Below are positions 36,948 through 44,283 of a DNA stretch of 64,000 bases, in pieces; the first letter of the stretch is position 1; each line of letters begins with the position of its first letter. Location: NCBI GenBank assembly GCA_965218945.1, contig OZ244718.1:3005700-3069699 (forward strand), read 5' to 3'. Position numbers and translations under genes: made by a program. The DNA comes from Dehalococcoidia bacterium. Lineage in GTDB: Bacteria > Chloroflexota > Dehalococcoidia > Lucifugimonadales > UBA2985. The notes beneath the pieces are model-generated. The model saw only the letters and a program-made list of their open reading frames with translations. It searched no databases and was not told the origin of the DNA.

Positions 36948-37120
36948 CTATTCCTGGGTTGTGTTGGCAATGACAGTTCCCACCTGAAGTGCCTCTTTTT
37001 CCGCTCATGGTGAGCCTGTCCATACATATTACTCAATCGACACCAAAAACTGCGGTACTCGTGGGTTATAGGATTTGATTCAACCAGGTAGCTCGAGGGG
37101 GTTAAGAGATGGAACTGCCA

Positions 37121-37210
37121 CCTCAACCCTATATAAGCGGTTCGAGTCCACTAAGGTGGGCCTAAGTTGACGGTAGGCAGTACCATCTTTGAGATGAGAA
37201 TCGGCCTGTG
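37121..37210 (+). repeat. island-boundary repeat copy 1 (contains a tRNA T-arm-like GGTTCGAGTCC relic)
   Basis: CCTCAACCCTATATAAGCGGTTCGAGTCCACTAAGGTGGGCCTAAGTTGACGGTAGGCAGTACCATCTTTGAGATGAGAATCGGCC. It aligns by eye with 44176-44260 and 61507-61590. It lies in a convergent intergenic gap (nuoN / cap2-like). Confidence 0.55.
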
Positions 37211-37375
37211 AACCGGGTGAATGGCCTCAGTCATTCTTTATGATGCGGCAGGGCTGAAGAGCGCCAGTAGCCCTTTGACGGTCCTCTGCTGGTCGATATC
37301 TTCTTGCCATGATGAATCTTCTTCGATGTTCAACTCGCTAGTCGCCGTTTGCAGGGTGATATCTCCTGCGTCCAC

Positions 37376-38923
37376 TCACTGCCCCAAGACAATCTTTCCA
37401 ATATGATGGAACGGCGGTTCAGGAATGGGCTGGTATACATCAATCACCTCATCGGCAAATTCGAACCGGCCAGTCAGGACGTCGATTGCCGCTTGAGCTA
37501 TGAGGGAAGAGCAGGCCGAGACTGCGGAGGGAGGGGCGTTGTTGACGGGGGCCGAGCAACCCAGCTGAGGAGAAGCGAAGTCCTCGCTTTCGGTACCAGC
37601 TGGTATGACTGGATAACGTAGGGAGTCCTCCCGTAGGTGAATCGGCGTGTCAGCGGGCACCACCTGCCGTTGCATCCGGCCAATGAAACCGCCTCGATAG
37701 AGCGCTCCCGAGACCAGCGGCTTTTCCATCTCCGCTGCCACCATGGCCAGTGAGGCAAGTAGCGCCTCGTTGCCCGTCGCGTCTAGGACGATGTCGGCGT
37801 CCTCTATGCGCTCTCGGATTGCGCCGGGCGTCCCGGGACCTTCCTGGAAACAGGTCACCTCCGTCCAGGGAGCGTGATCTGCAATCACCGCCTGGACCGC
37901 CTTTACCTTGGTGGTGCCCACCCGCCCATGGCCGGCGACGTGTCTCACCACATTCCCTGGCAAGAGCACGTCGGGGTCCACCAACGCCAATGAACCGAGC
38001 CCGCTTTCGGCTAGCAACGTTGCGGTGTGGCCGCCCAAGGCCCCCGCACCGAACAGAGTCGCTTTCCTGGTAAGCAACGTTGCCGAGTCTGGTCCCGCCC
38101 GGAGAATGAGGCTCTTGTCATCCTTTGGTCCTGGCTGCACTGCGATTGCCTCCACTTTGTCATCTACTCCTTTGCATACCATCACTAGCAGGTCGGTCCG
38201 ACCACGACGGTCCCAGCAGAACAGGATGAGATCCACGCCGCCGCTGACAACCAATGGGTCAGGTCTGCGCCGTTCCATCACCGCCCGCTGCAGTCCTCTA
38301 CGTTGTCCTCGTGATAGGTGGGCCGGAACCTCAGACAAATGACGGGGTGGTGGCGCCGTCAGCTCTCCCGCATGGAACCACAGCCCTTGAAGCTGGCTTC
38401 CTGTCGGCGGGTGCCCAGGCTCGATTTCTAGCCGGAACGGGTCGGGGTTCACAACCCCATAGAATTCACCCCAGCCTCGCTCGTGAACGGCAAGGGCACC
38501 GAGGTCGAAGGTGGCAACGAGGGCATCCTTGGGCCAGAAATTCAGCCATGCATCTTGATCGAGAAGGTCGTCCTCCCATCCACTTGTGGCGTTCTCGCAC
38601 CATTTCTCGATCCTGGAGTACAGACCATCGAGGGTGGCCCACTCCAAGCTAGGGTCTCCCTCGCGCCACATACACACCAAGCCCGAGCGCATCGAGTGGT
38701 TCGTGTTAAGGCCCTGCACGAAGAGACCAGGTGGACGGAAGGGCCATCCCGGAGCAATGACTATGTCCATCGTCTTCGCGTCGGTCAGCGGCCCGAAGGC
38801 CGGATGAATCTCGCCCGTCCAGCGTGGCGGGTCAGAGTCAGTGACCAGCCGGAAGCCAGCGGACGTCAGCTCCGAGGTGAACTGTTTCAGCGATTCAAGA
38901 TGGAAGTGTTGATCGGTGATCAT
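37376..38923 (-). CDS. cap2: Cap2-like E2/E1 fusion protein (CBASS type II accessory)
   Basis: N-terminal UBC-like segment (WPFRPPGLFV ... NHSMRSGLVCMW). C-terminal ThiF-type E1 (TLFGAGALGGHTATLLAESGLGSLALVDPDVLLPGNVVRH). Starts 3 nt after the CD-NTase stop. Confidence 0.8.
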   Translation of the reverse strand: MITDQHFHLESLKQFTSELTSAGFRLVTDSDPPRWTGEIHPAFGPLTDAKTMDIVIAPGWPFRPPGLFVQGLNTNHSMRSGLVCMWREGDPSLEWATLDGLYSRIEKWCENATSGWEDDLLDQDAWLNFWPKDALVATFDLGALAVHERGWGEFYGVVNPDPFRLEIEPGHPPTGSQLQGLWFHAGELTAPPPRHLSEVPAHLSRGQRRGLQRAVMERRRPDPLVVSGGVDLILFCWDRRGRTDLLVMVCKGVDDKVEAIAVQPGPKDDKSLILRAGPDSATLLTRKATLFGAGALGGHTATLLAESGLGSLALVDPDVLLPGNVVRHVAGHGRVGTTKVKAVQAVIADHAPWTEVTCFQEGPGTPGAIRERIEDADIVLDATGNEALLASLAMVAAEMEKPLVSGALYRGGFIGRMQRQVVPADTPIHLREDSLRYPVIPAGTESEDFASPQLGCSAPVNNAPPSAVSACSSLIAQAAIDVLTGRFEFADEVIDVYQPIPEPPFHHIGKIVLGQ

Positions 38924-38925
38924 CG

Positions 38926-39939
38926 CTATCCAAACCTACGGGCCTCATTCGGACGCCGGGCCACTGGTATGCCAGCGGCGGGGGCTACATATCTGGCTGC
39001 CTTGCTGCCGGGAGCCTTAGACGAGTTGCCCGCACCGACGCCGCTGGTGGAGCCTCTCCCAAAGCTCTCACCGAACAGTTTCTTCCAGGTATTGGCGGCC
39101 GCTTCGTTTGAAGGATCAGCCTTGGCCGTCTTTGCCGTCTGGGCATGGGAGTTGACTCTGGCCCGGAAGTTGGCGTACTTGGCCTGGTCCCAGTGTCGAT
39201 TGAAGTTCTCAGTTGGCAGAACGGGATTCTGGATCATCGGCATTACGGGATTGCGCTGGAGGATATCGTCCATTCTCGTCAGCACGGTCACCAGGGTGCC
39301 GGAGACTGTGCCGACGGCCTCCGTCCCCTCATCGGACGGCCTGATGGTGGCGCCAGCAAGGGTGGTCAGCAGAATGGACTTGGCGGTGTAGTTGTTCTTG
39401 TGGTCCCGCAGGTACTTGAGCAGCCTCACGACCCGCTTCAAGTTGCCGCCGGTAATCCGGTTCTTCTCGTTGAACCAGTCCCTGTACCCCGTACCGTCTG
39501 TCGGCTCGAATTTGTTATCGGCCCGATTGCAGACGTAGTGTCTGCCCTGAGAGGTCACCCGAGGAACGACGTCGAGGTGGAAGTCGCCGGCGTAGTCGAT
39601 GGTGACGCACCGTGTCTTGAGCCTGAGCTTGTCGGCATAGTTGTGATTCTGCTTGAGGGCGTTGTATATCGCGTTTACGTAGTCTTTGGCCTGCCAGTTG
39701 GGATTGGGGTTCATCACGATCTGGATGTCGGCATCGTACTCGTCGTTCTTGTCGACAGGCTTGATGAGGGTGCCCAGTGCGTATGAACCTTGCCGCTCCA
39801 TCTTCTGATAGCCGGTCAGGTTGTCTCTAAGGTGACTGTCTACAGCGCGCACACTGGTATTCAGTCGGTCGAGTCTGCTCTGGTTGAGATTGACCTCGTC
39901 CCTGAGAAGGTCTTGGAACTGCTGATTGTTCTTGGTCAT
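38926..39939 (-). CDS. CD-NTase / SMODS-family cyclic oligonucleotide synthase
   Basis: Pol-beta NTase signature QGSYALGT ... DEYDADIQIV. Start set at the ATG at 39939 behind an AAGGAGA RBS. Low-complexity C-terminal tail ending ...RRFG (terminal Gly). Confidence 0.75.
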   Translation of the reverse strand: MTKNNQQFQDLLRDEVNLNQSRLDRLNTSVRAVDSHLRDNLTGYQKMERQGSYALGTLIKPVDKNDEYDADIQIVMNPNPNWQAKDYVNAIYNALKQNHNYADKLRLKTRCVTIDYAGDFHLDVVPRVTSQGRHYVCNRADNKFEPTDGTGYRDWFNEKNRITGGNLKRVVRLLKYLRDHKNNYTAKSILLTTLAGATIRPSDEGTEAVGTVSGTLVTVLTRMDDILQRNPVMPMIQNPVLPTENFNRHWDQAKYANFRARVNSHAQTAKTAKADPSNEAAANTWKKLFGESFGRGSTSGVGAGNSSKAPGSKAARYVAPAAGIPVARRPNEARRFG

Positions 39940-40023
39940 CCGCGTCTCCTTGTGAAGTAGTGTTTTCGTCATCAGCGCCCCGGCCAGCCTCCGTACACGT
40001 ACGCAGACCATGCCGGAGTCATG

Positions 40024-40974
40024 TCACTCTGTTCTCTTCAAGTACTTCTTGACCTCCTCGCTGCGGAGTGTGAAGTCCCTGGTTGCAAGAGACATCAGTT
40101 CGTCCAGGTGCTTCACGTCGTCTAGGTCCCAATCATTGATAACGGGATCCAGACGCAGGTAGCTGCCTGGAAGAAACAGCTTCGCCATATTCTCCGAGGC
40201 CTGAGATTGCAGCCCGAGAACATAGGAGATCAGCTTCTGCCGGCGCCAGCCGGTAAGGAACCCCCAACTCCTGCTTCGGGAGTAGAGGTTGAGGGAGTGT
40301 CCAGTTCCGATAGATAGGATGCGCACCTGATCAACCGGCGTCCTGAACTTAGATACGGCCTCTGTCAGAGCTATGATCGAAGGATTGTTCGCCCACAGGC
40401 CGCCGTCTGCGAGTAGCAGATCGCCGACGAGAACAGGGTCAAAAAATGTAGGAGCTGCGCACGACGAGAGGATGGCGTCGCTCAAAAGCACCTGTGAATC
40501 CCTGACGTACGGCGCTTGGAGGTCCTCGAGGTACCTGGACTTGAACACATGGACTCCGCCGGTGGATATGTCGGAGCCGGTTATCATCAGCGGCTTCGAT
40601 ATCTGTCCCAGCGTGATGTTGGGTACGGACTCCCTTACGACCTGCTCGAGCGGCAGCCTTGAGTACTTGCTTCGAAATAAGAATGCGCCGATGCGCTTCT
40701 TTCCGAAGACCCTAGGGGCCTTCTCCTTGAAGAGCCTGACTATCTCGGCCATCGGGATGCCGACAGCCGCGGCTCCCCCTATGATCGACCCCGTGCTGGT
40801 GCCGACGATGAGGTCGAAGCACTCTCCGACCGGGGTCTGGAGCTCCTTTTCGATGTTGCCGAGCATCTGGGCGGGATAGATTCCTCTAGCCCCACCCCCG
40901 TCTAGGGCTAGGATGTGAAAAGCGGCTCCCTGATCCTTGGGTCTCTCCGTTCGTCCTTCTCTGCTAAACGGCAT
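40024..40974 (-). CDS. capV: patatin-like phospholipase (CapV-like CBASS effector)
   Basis: LDGGGARG oxyanion hole, GTSTGS (GxSxG) nucleophile and a LADGG catalytic Asp motif. ATG at 40974 behind a GGGAGA RBS (the track starts at a TTG at 40998). Confidence 0.85.
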   Translation of the reverse strand: MPFSREGRTERPKDQGAAFHILALDGGGARGIYPAQMLGNIEKELQTPVGECFDLIVGTSTGSIIGGAAAVGIPMAEIVRLFKEKAPRVFGKKRIGAFLFRSKYSRLPLEQVVRESVPNITLGQISKPLMITGSDISTGGVHVFKSRYLEDLQAPYVRDSQVLLSDAILSSCAAPTFFDPVLVGDLLLADGGLWANNPSIIALTEAVSKFRTPVDQVRILSIGTGHSLNLYSRSRSWGFLTGWRRQKLISYVLGLQSQASENMAKLFLPGSYLRLDPVINDWDLDDVKHLDELMSLATRDFTLRSEEVKKYLKRTE

Positions 40975-41076
40975 ATCGGTCTCCCGCGAGCTGCGCAATA
41001 CCGTGGTGCTCGACTGCTTCCTGTTGGGCGTTGTCCGGTTCCTTGTCTTGCCTCCGCAAGAGCAGTATGCGGCTCT

Positions 41077-41523
41077 TTACTTACGCCACTTCCCTGACGA
41101 CAAACCGCGCCATACGCGTCGGAGCCATGAGCGAGGGGTCTGACCGCGTGACGGCGAGCCAAGCATGCGAGCCCGCTCAGCACCCTCATAATCCGTGCGA
41201 CGCCCCGGATCGATCGGATACGACCAGACGACCTCGTTGTTTCGTATGAAATAGTGGCTGTTGCAATCGGAAGTGGTCCAGATTGACCCACCCGTAGGGC
41301 CTTTCAGCGAGACCGACTTGCCATCGAAGTAAACGTGCCATCGGCTGGGGTGGAGGGATAGCACCGCCAGTTCGCCACAGCCGCACGGACATCGCAGGTT
41401 AACGGTCCGATGCTTGTGGCTGACCCACAGCTCGCCATCTTTGATTGAGTCGAACGGGGGCATTACCTCTACGAAGATAGGGCGGAGCTTCACCGCGGGC
41501 AACTCATGCAAATCATTGCGCAT
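41077..41523 (-). CDS. DUF6527-like Cys-rich protein
   Basis: ELWVSHKHRTVNLRCPCGCGELAVLSL.PSRW.V.FDGKSVSL.......W...C.SHYFIRNNEVVW matches my recollection of DUF6527 (C-C-GC ... SHYWI.NN.V.W). The ATG at 41523 overlaps the E1 stop by 11 nt. It has an unusually long basic C-terminal tail. Confidence 0.6.
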   Translation of the reverse strand: MRNDLHELPAVKLRPIFVEVMPPFDSIKDGELWVSHKHRTVNLRCPCGCGELAVLSLHPSRWHVYFDGKSVSLKGPTGGSIWTTSDCNSHYFIRNNEVVWSYPIDPGRRTDYEGAERARMLGSPSRGQTPRSWLRRVWRGLSSGKWRK

Positions 41524-42700
41524 AGGAGATGCGCCCCTTCTCGAGCCGGAACTTCTGGAAGAATGAACGGGGCTCTGAAACATACTGCCCAGTGCGGCGG
41601 CGCCACTCCATGACGGCAAACGTCGCAGCCGCCGCGTTCACCTCCGGCAGTTGGACATTGCGATACCCGGGGGCACCACCATGCAGTCTGGCGTTCGGTA
41701 TGGCATCCTTCCAAGCATCAGAACCTGCATCATATGCACTTGTCGTCACGGAGCCTCTAACAGCACAGGCCTCGAGCGTTATACTCACGCCCGAATCGAT
41801 GAACGGCACCGCCGCCTCAGAGAGAGAGCAGTAGACGACATCCTGACGCGGCGAATCGCCCTCAGTGAGTTGGTCAATACACACGAAGGCATAGTCGATG
41901 GGATGATCCGACAGAAACTCAGCGAACATTGACGGGCTGTCTACTCGAACAGGATGCGGATGGATGCCGTCCCGGAAGGCCGCATACTTGGAATAATAGT
42001 AATCGACCTTGAACAGTGATCCCGCGCGAACGAGATCAATCTCCTCGGCGGTAGGCGCACCAGGGGCTCGCATGAGGGTGTGCCAGTCTACGCAATCAGA
42101 ATCCAGTAGATGGATTTCCGACACGGGCGTTTTGGCTATGAGATCAAGAAGGTAGGCGCCCGTTCCGCCCAAGCCGATAATCGCAATGCGCTGACCGCGG
42201 ATGCGGTCCTGGACTGGCGCGATGGCGGCCCGTGCCTCAAACGTGTTGGGTACGTGGAAGGGATCGGGCGTCCCGGCAGAAGCAGTCTCGGTGTGTCCGG
42301 CCGCCCACGCCGCCCCGACGATCTGCTTCGCATAGCGATGGACAACGTCGCTCGCCGACCTATCGTCTTCCGGGCTTTCCTGGCTGCCCTTGTGGATGGA
42401 GATGTTTGACCAGGTCTTGCCGTCACCTCCGACGCGGTTCCCAATAGGGGTCCCATCCGCATGGTACACGAGCCCGTCGAGCTCTGCGGCAGTGGTGATC
42501 TGCACCGCGTGGACCGCGTCGCCTATCCGACCATCCGGCTTCCCGCTGGAGGGGTCGTAGGACTTCCTGATGGTGCAAGTGCCAACGACCCCCTCCTTAA
42601 GGCGACAAGGAACCCCGACGGCCAGGACAATGTCAGGTTCGACCCTGACCTCAAACCCGACCTGCTCACCGAACGCGGTGAGGCGGTCTTTAGGAGACAT
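41513..42700 (-). CDS. ThiF-family E1-like adenylyltransferase with ~190-aa N-terminal extension (possible E2-like domain)
   Basis: Rossmann IAIIGLGGTGAYLLDLIAKT and LLDSDCVDWHTLMR. Start set at MSPKDRL (42700), which overlaps the Ubl stop by 11 nt. The N-terminal domain is not assignable by eye. Confidence 0.7.
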   Translation of the reverse strand: MSPKDRLTAFGEQVGFEVRVEPDIVLAVGVPCRLKEGVVGTCTIRKSYDPSSGKPDGRIGDAVHAVQITTAAELDGLVYHADGTPIGNRVGGDGKTWSNISIHKGSQESPEDDRSASDVVHRYAKQIVGAAWAAGHTETASAGTPDPFHVPNTFEARAAIAPVQDRIRGQRIAIIGLGGTGAYLLDLIAKTPVSEIHLLDSDCVDWHTLMRAPGAPTAEEIDLVRAGSLFKVDYYYSKYAAFRDGIHPHPVRVDSPSMFAEFLSDHPIDYAFVCIDQLTEGDSPRQDVVYCSLSEAAVPFIDSGVSITLEACAVRGSVTTSAYDAGSDAWKDAIPNARLHGGAPGYRNVQLPEVNAAAATFAVMEWRRRTGQYVSEPRSFFQKFRLEKGRISYAQ

Positions 42701-42938
42701 GCTCCGGGTCCACCGAGAAGCTAGTGCCGTCCTTGACCCTAACGTCCTTGCCCGGCAGGAGAACACCGTCCTCACCTTTCGAGTCGTCTTCGTAGTCAAT
42801 GCCGGGCGTGCCGATGATGTGCTTGTTCTCCGGCTCATGTAGCTGGTTCCATATCTTCACGATCTCCTCATAGGTCACGAGACCGCTTGGAACCTTGTAC
42901 TCTCGACCGCTCACGTAGATCTCCGTATCGCCATTCAT
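42690..42938 (-). CDS. ubiquitin-like beta-grasp protein (multiubiquitin-domain-like, single domain)
   Basis: 82 aa. EIYVSGREYKVPSGLVTYEEIVKIW ... DGVLLPGKDVRVKDGTSFSV fits the Multi_ubiq pattern. Very strong RBS (AAGGAAGGAGG). C-terminus is ...DPEHVS, not Gly. Confidence 0.6.
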   Translation of the reverse strand: MNGDTEIYVSGREYKVPSGLVTYEEIVKIWNQLHEPENKHIIGTPGIDYEDDSKGEDGVLLPGKDVRVKDGTSFSVDPEHVS

Positions 42939-42972
42939 GGGTATACCTCCTTCCTTGTTGTCCCACTAGATA

Positions 42973-43002
42973 TTGACAGTACCAACTCCGGTACTCCAAT
43001 AT
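42973..43002 (+). promoter_or_regulatory. divergent promoter region with palindromic candidate operator
   Basis: TTGACA (42973-42978), an 18-nt spacer, then CAATAT (42997-43002). The spacer is the perfect palindrome AGTACC-N6-GGTACT (42978-42995). On the opposite strand, TATATT lies just upstream of the same palindrome. Confidence 0.45.
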
Positions 43003-43077
43003 ACAGGGTATGAGCCGGTCGGCTCCCTTGTCAAGCCTTCAGTGGCACATTGTACCGTTTACCGCACAGGAGGCGAG

Positions 43078-43557
43078 ATGAACACAGGTAAGCTTGAACT
43101 CAGCGACCTAGGCCGCTTGGTTCTTGCCGAGCGAAGCCGTAGAGAGATGAGCCTCCGGGAGGCGGCTCTTGCCATAGGAATCCCCTTCAACACCTTGGCG
43201 CGCGTAGAGAAGGGGCACGTCCCCGACCTCCCTAAGTTCAAGAGACTCGTCGAATGGTGCGGCGCGGACATCACGCAATTCTTTGAAGCTCAGGAGAAGG
43301 CGGCGGCGACTACGGACATCATTGCCGAGCACCTTCGCTCGGACAGCAATCTACCCTCTGGCGCAGCCGATCAGATTGCAGGAATCGTCAGCGAGCTCTA
43401 CCAGGCGCTGGCGCGGCCCCAAGAAATCGTCGCAGTGCATCTGCGGGCCGCAAAGACGTTCCGCCCGGACGCTGCTCGCGTCATAGGCGTGTTACTCAGC
43501 GATATGAATGAAGCACTCATAGAGGAGCTTGCCGATGGCGCTGCGGAGAGGGTTTAA
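43078..43557 (+). CDS. XRE-family HTH regulator (CapH-like)
   Basis: HTH SLREAALAIGIPFNTLARVEKG. ATG at 43078 behind a CAGGAGG RBS. About 90-aa C-terminal non-HTH domain. Confidence 0.75.
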   Translation: MNTGKLELSDLGRLVLAERSRREMSLREAALAIGIPFNTLARVEKGHVPDLPKFKRLVEWCGADITQFFEAQEKAAATTDIIAEHLRSDSNLPSGAADQIAGIVSELYQALARPQEIVAVHLRAAKTFRPDAARVIGVLLSDMNEALIEELADGAAERV

Positions 43558-44089
43558 GTCCGAAGCCGAGAGAATAGCTAGGGGTGTGCAGGTGGACTTG
43601 GGAATCAGCGCGGCTCAGTCGGTCACTCCCGAAATGCTCGCCGATCTGCTGGGCATCGAGGTCCGAGCGGGGGACGAGTTGATACCACGCAAGAGGTTCG
43701 CCGAACTCGAAAAGGTGCAACCCGGCGCCTTCTCAGCGTGTACGTTTCGACCTTCGGCCGATCGCGTGGTCGTCGTATACAATCCTCTCTCGGCAGAATC
43801 GCGCCGGAGGAGCGATCTGGCACATGAACTTGCGCATACCCTTCTTGAGCACGAGCTGAGCCGGGTCGAGAAGCTCGGCGAAGTCACCTTCCTGTCTTGT
43901 GATTCGACTCAGGAGGAAGAGGCTACCTGGTTGTCCGGTTGTCTCCTTCTACCCCGTGCACTGCTACTGGTGGAAGTCCGTAAGGGATCTGGTGCGAGGG
44001 AGATTGCAAAGAGGTGCGGCGTCAGCGAAAAGATGGCTCAGTACAGATTGAATGTCACTGGTGTAACTAGGCAGAACCGAGCAGGTTAA
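43535..44089 (+). CDS. ImmA/IrrE-family zinc metallopeptidase (CapP-like)
   Basis: HExxH (AHELAHTLLEH) followed by EEEATWLSGCLLLP, typical of ImmA/IrrE. Overlaps the end of the HTH gene. Confidence 0.75.
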   Translation: MALRRGFKSEAERIARGVQVDLGISAAQSVTPEMLADLLGIEVRAGDELIPRKRFAELEKVQPGAFSACTFRPSADRVVVVYNPLSAESRRRSDLAHELAHTLLEHELSRVEKLGEVTFLSCDSTQEEEATWLSGCLLLPRALLLVEVRKGSGAREIAKRCGVSEKMAQYRLNVTGVTRQNRAG

Positions 44090-44175
44090 CGAAGGAGCGG
44101 CGCGCGCGGCGGTGAGGTGGAGCCGGAGAGCCTCACTACGTTGTGATACTCGTGAGATGCGGCAGTCGGCCTCCG

Positions 44176-44260
44176 CTCTTCAACCCTAGCGGCTAGGCGT
44201 TACCGAGGCAGCGGAGGACGGTAGGCGGAACCATCTTTGAAATGCGGCTAGCCCTTTGAG
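44176..44260 (+). repeat. island-boundary repeat copy 2 (internal)
   Basis: CTTCAACCCTAGCGG...GACGGTAGGCGGAACCATCTTTGAAATGCGGCTAGCCCTTTGAG. It shares both ends of copy 1 but lacks the T-arm-like segment. It lies in a convergent gap (ImmA-like / abiEii). Confidence 0.5.
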
Positions 44261-44283
44261 TCTGCCCCCTCCCTCAAATCATG

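Noticed and set aside
37116-37165. Possible tRNA gene (GGTTCGAGTCC T-loop, CCACCT...AGGTGG acceptor-like pairing)
   Set aside because: Only an acceptor/T-arm-like minihelix can be drawn. There is no D-arm or anticodon arm, and the T-stem has a mismatch. It is treated as a tRNA-derived relic within boundary repeat copy 1. The same applies to 61507-61533.
37238-37375. 45-codon ORF starting with a GTG right after the cap2 stop, considered as a truncated cap3
   Set aside because: The translation (VDAGDITLQTATSELNIEEDSSWQEDIDQQRTVKGLLALFSPAAS) shows no JAMM/MPN motif and is too short to assign. It is mentioned only in the CBASS finding.
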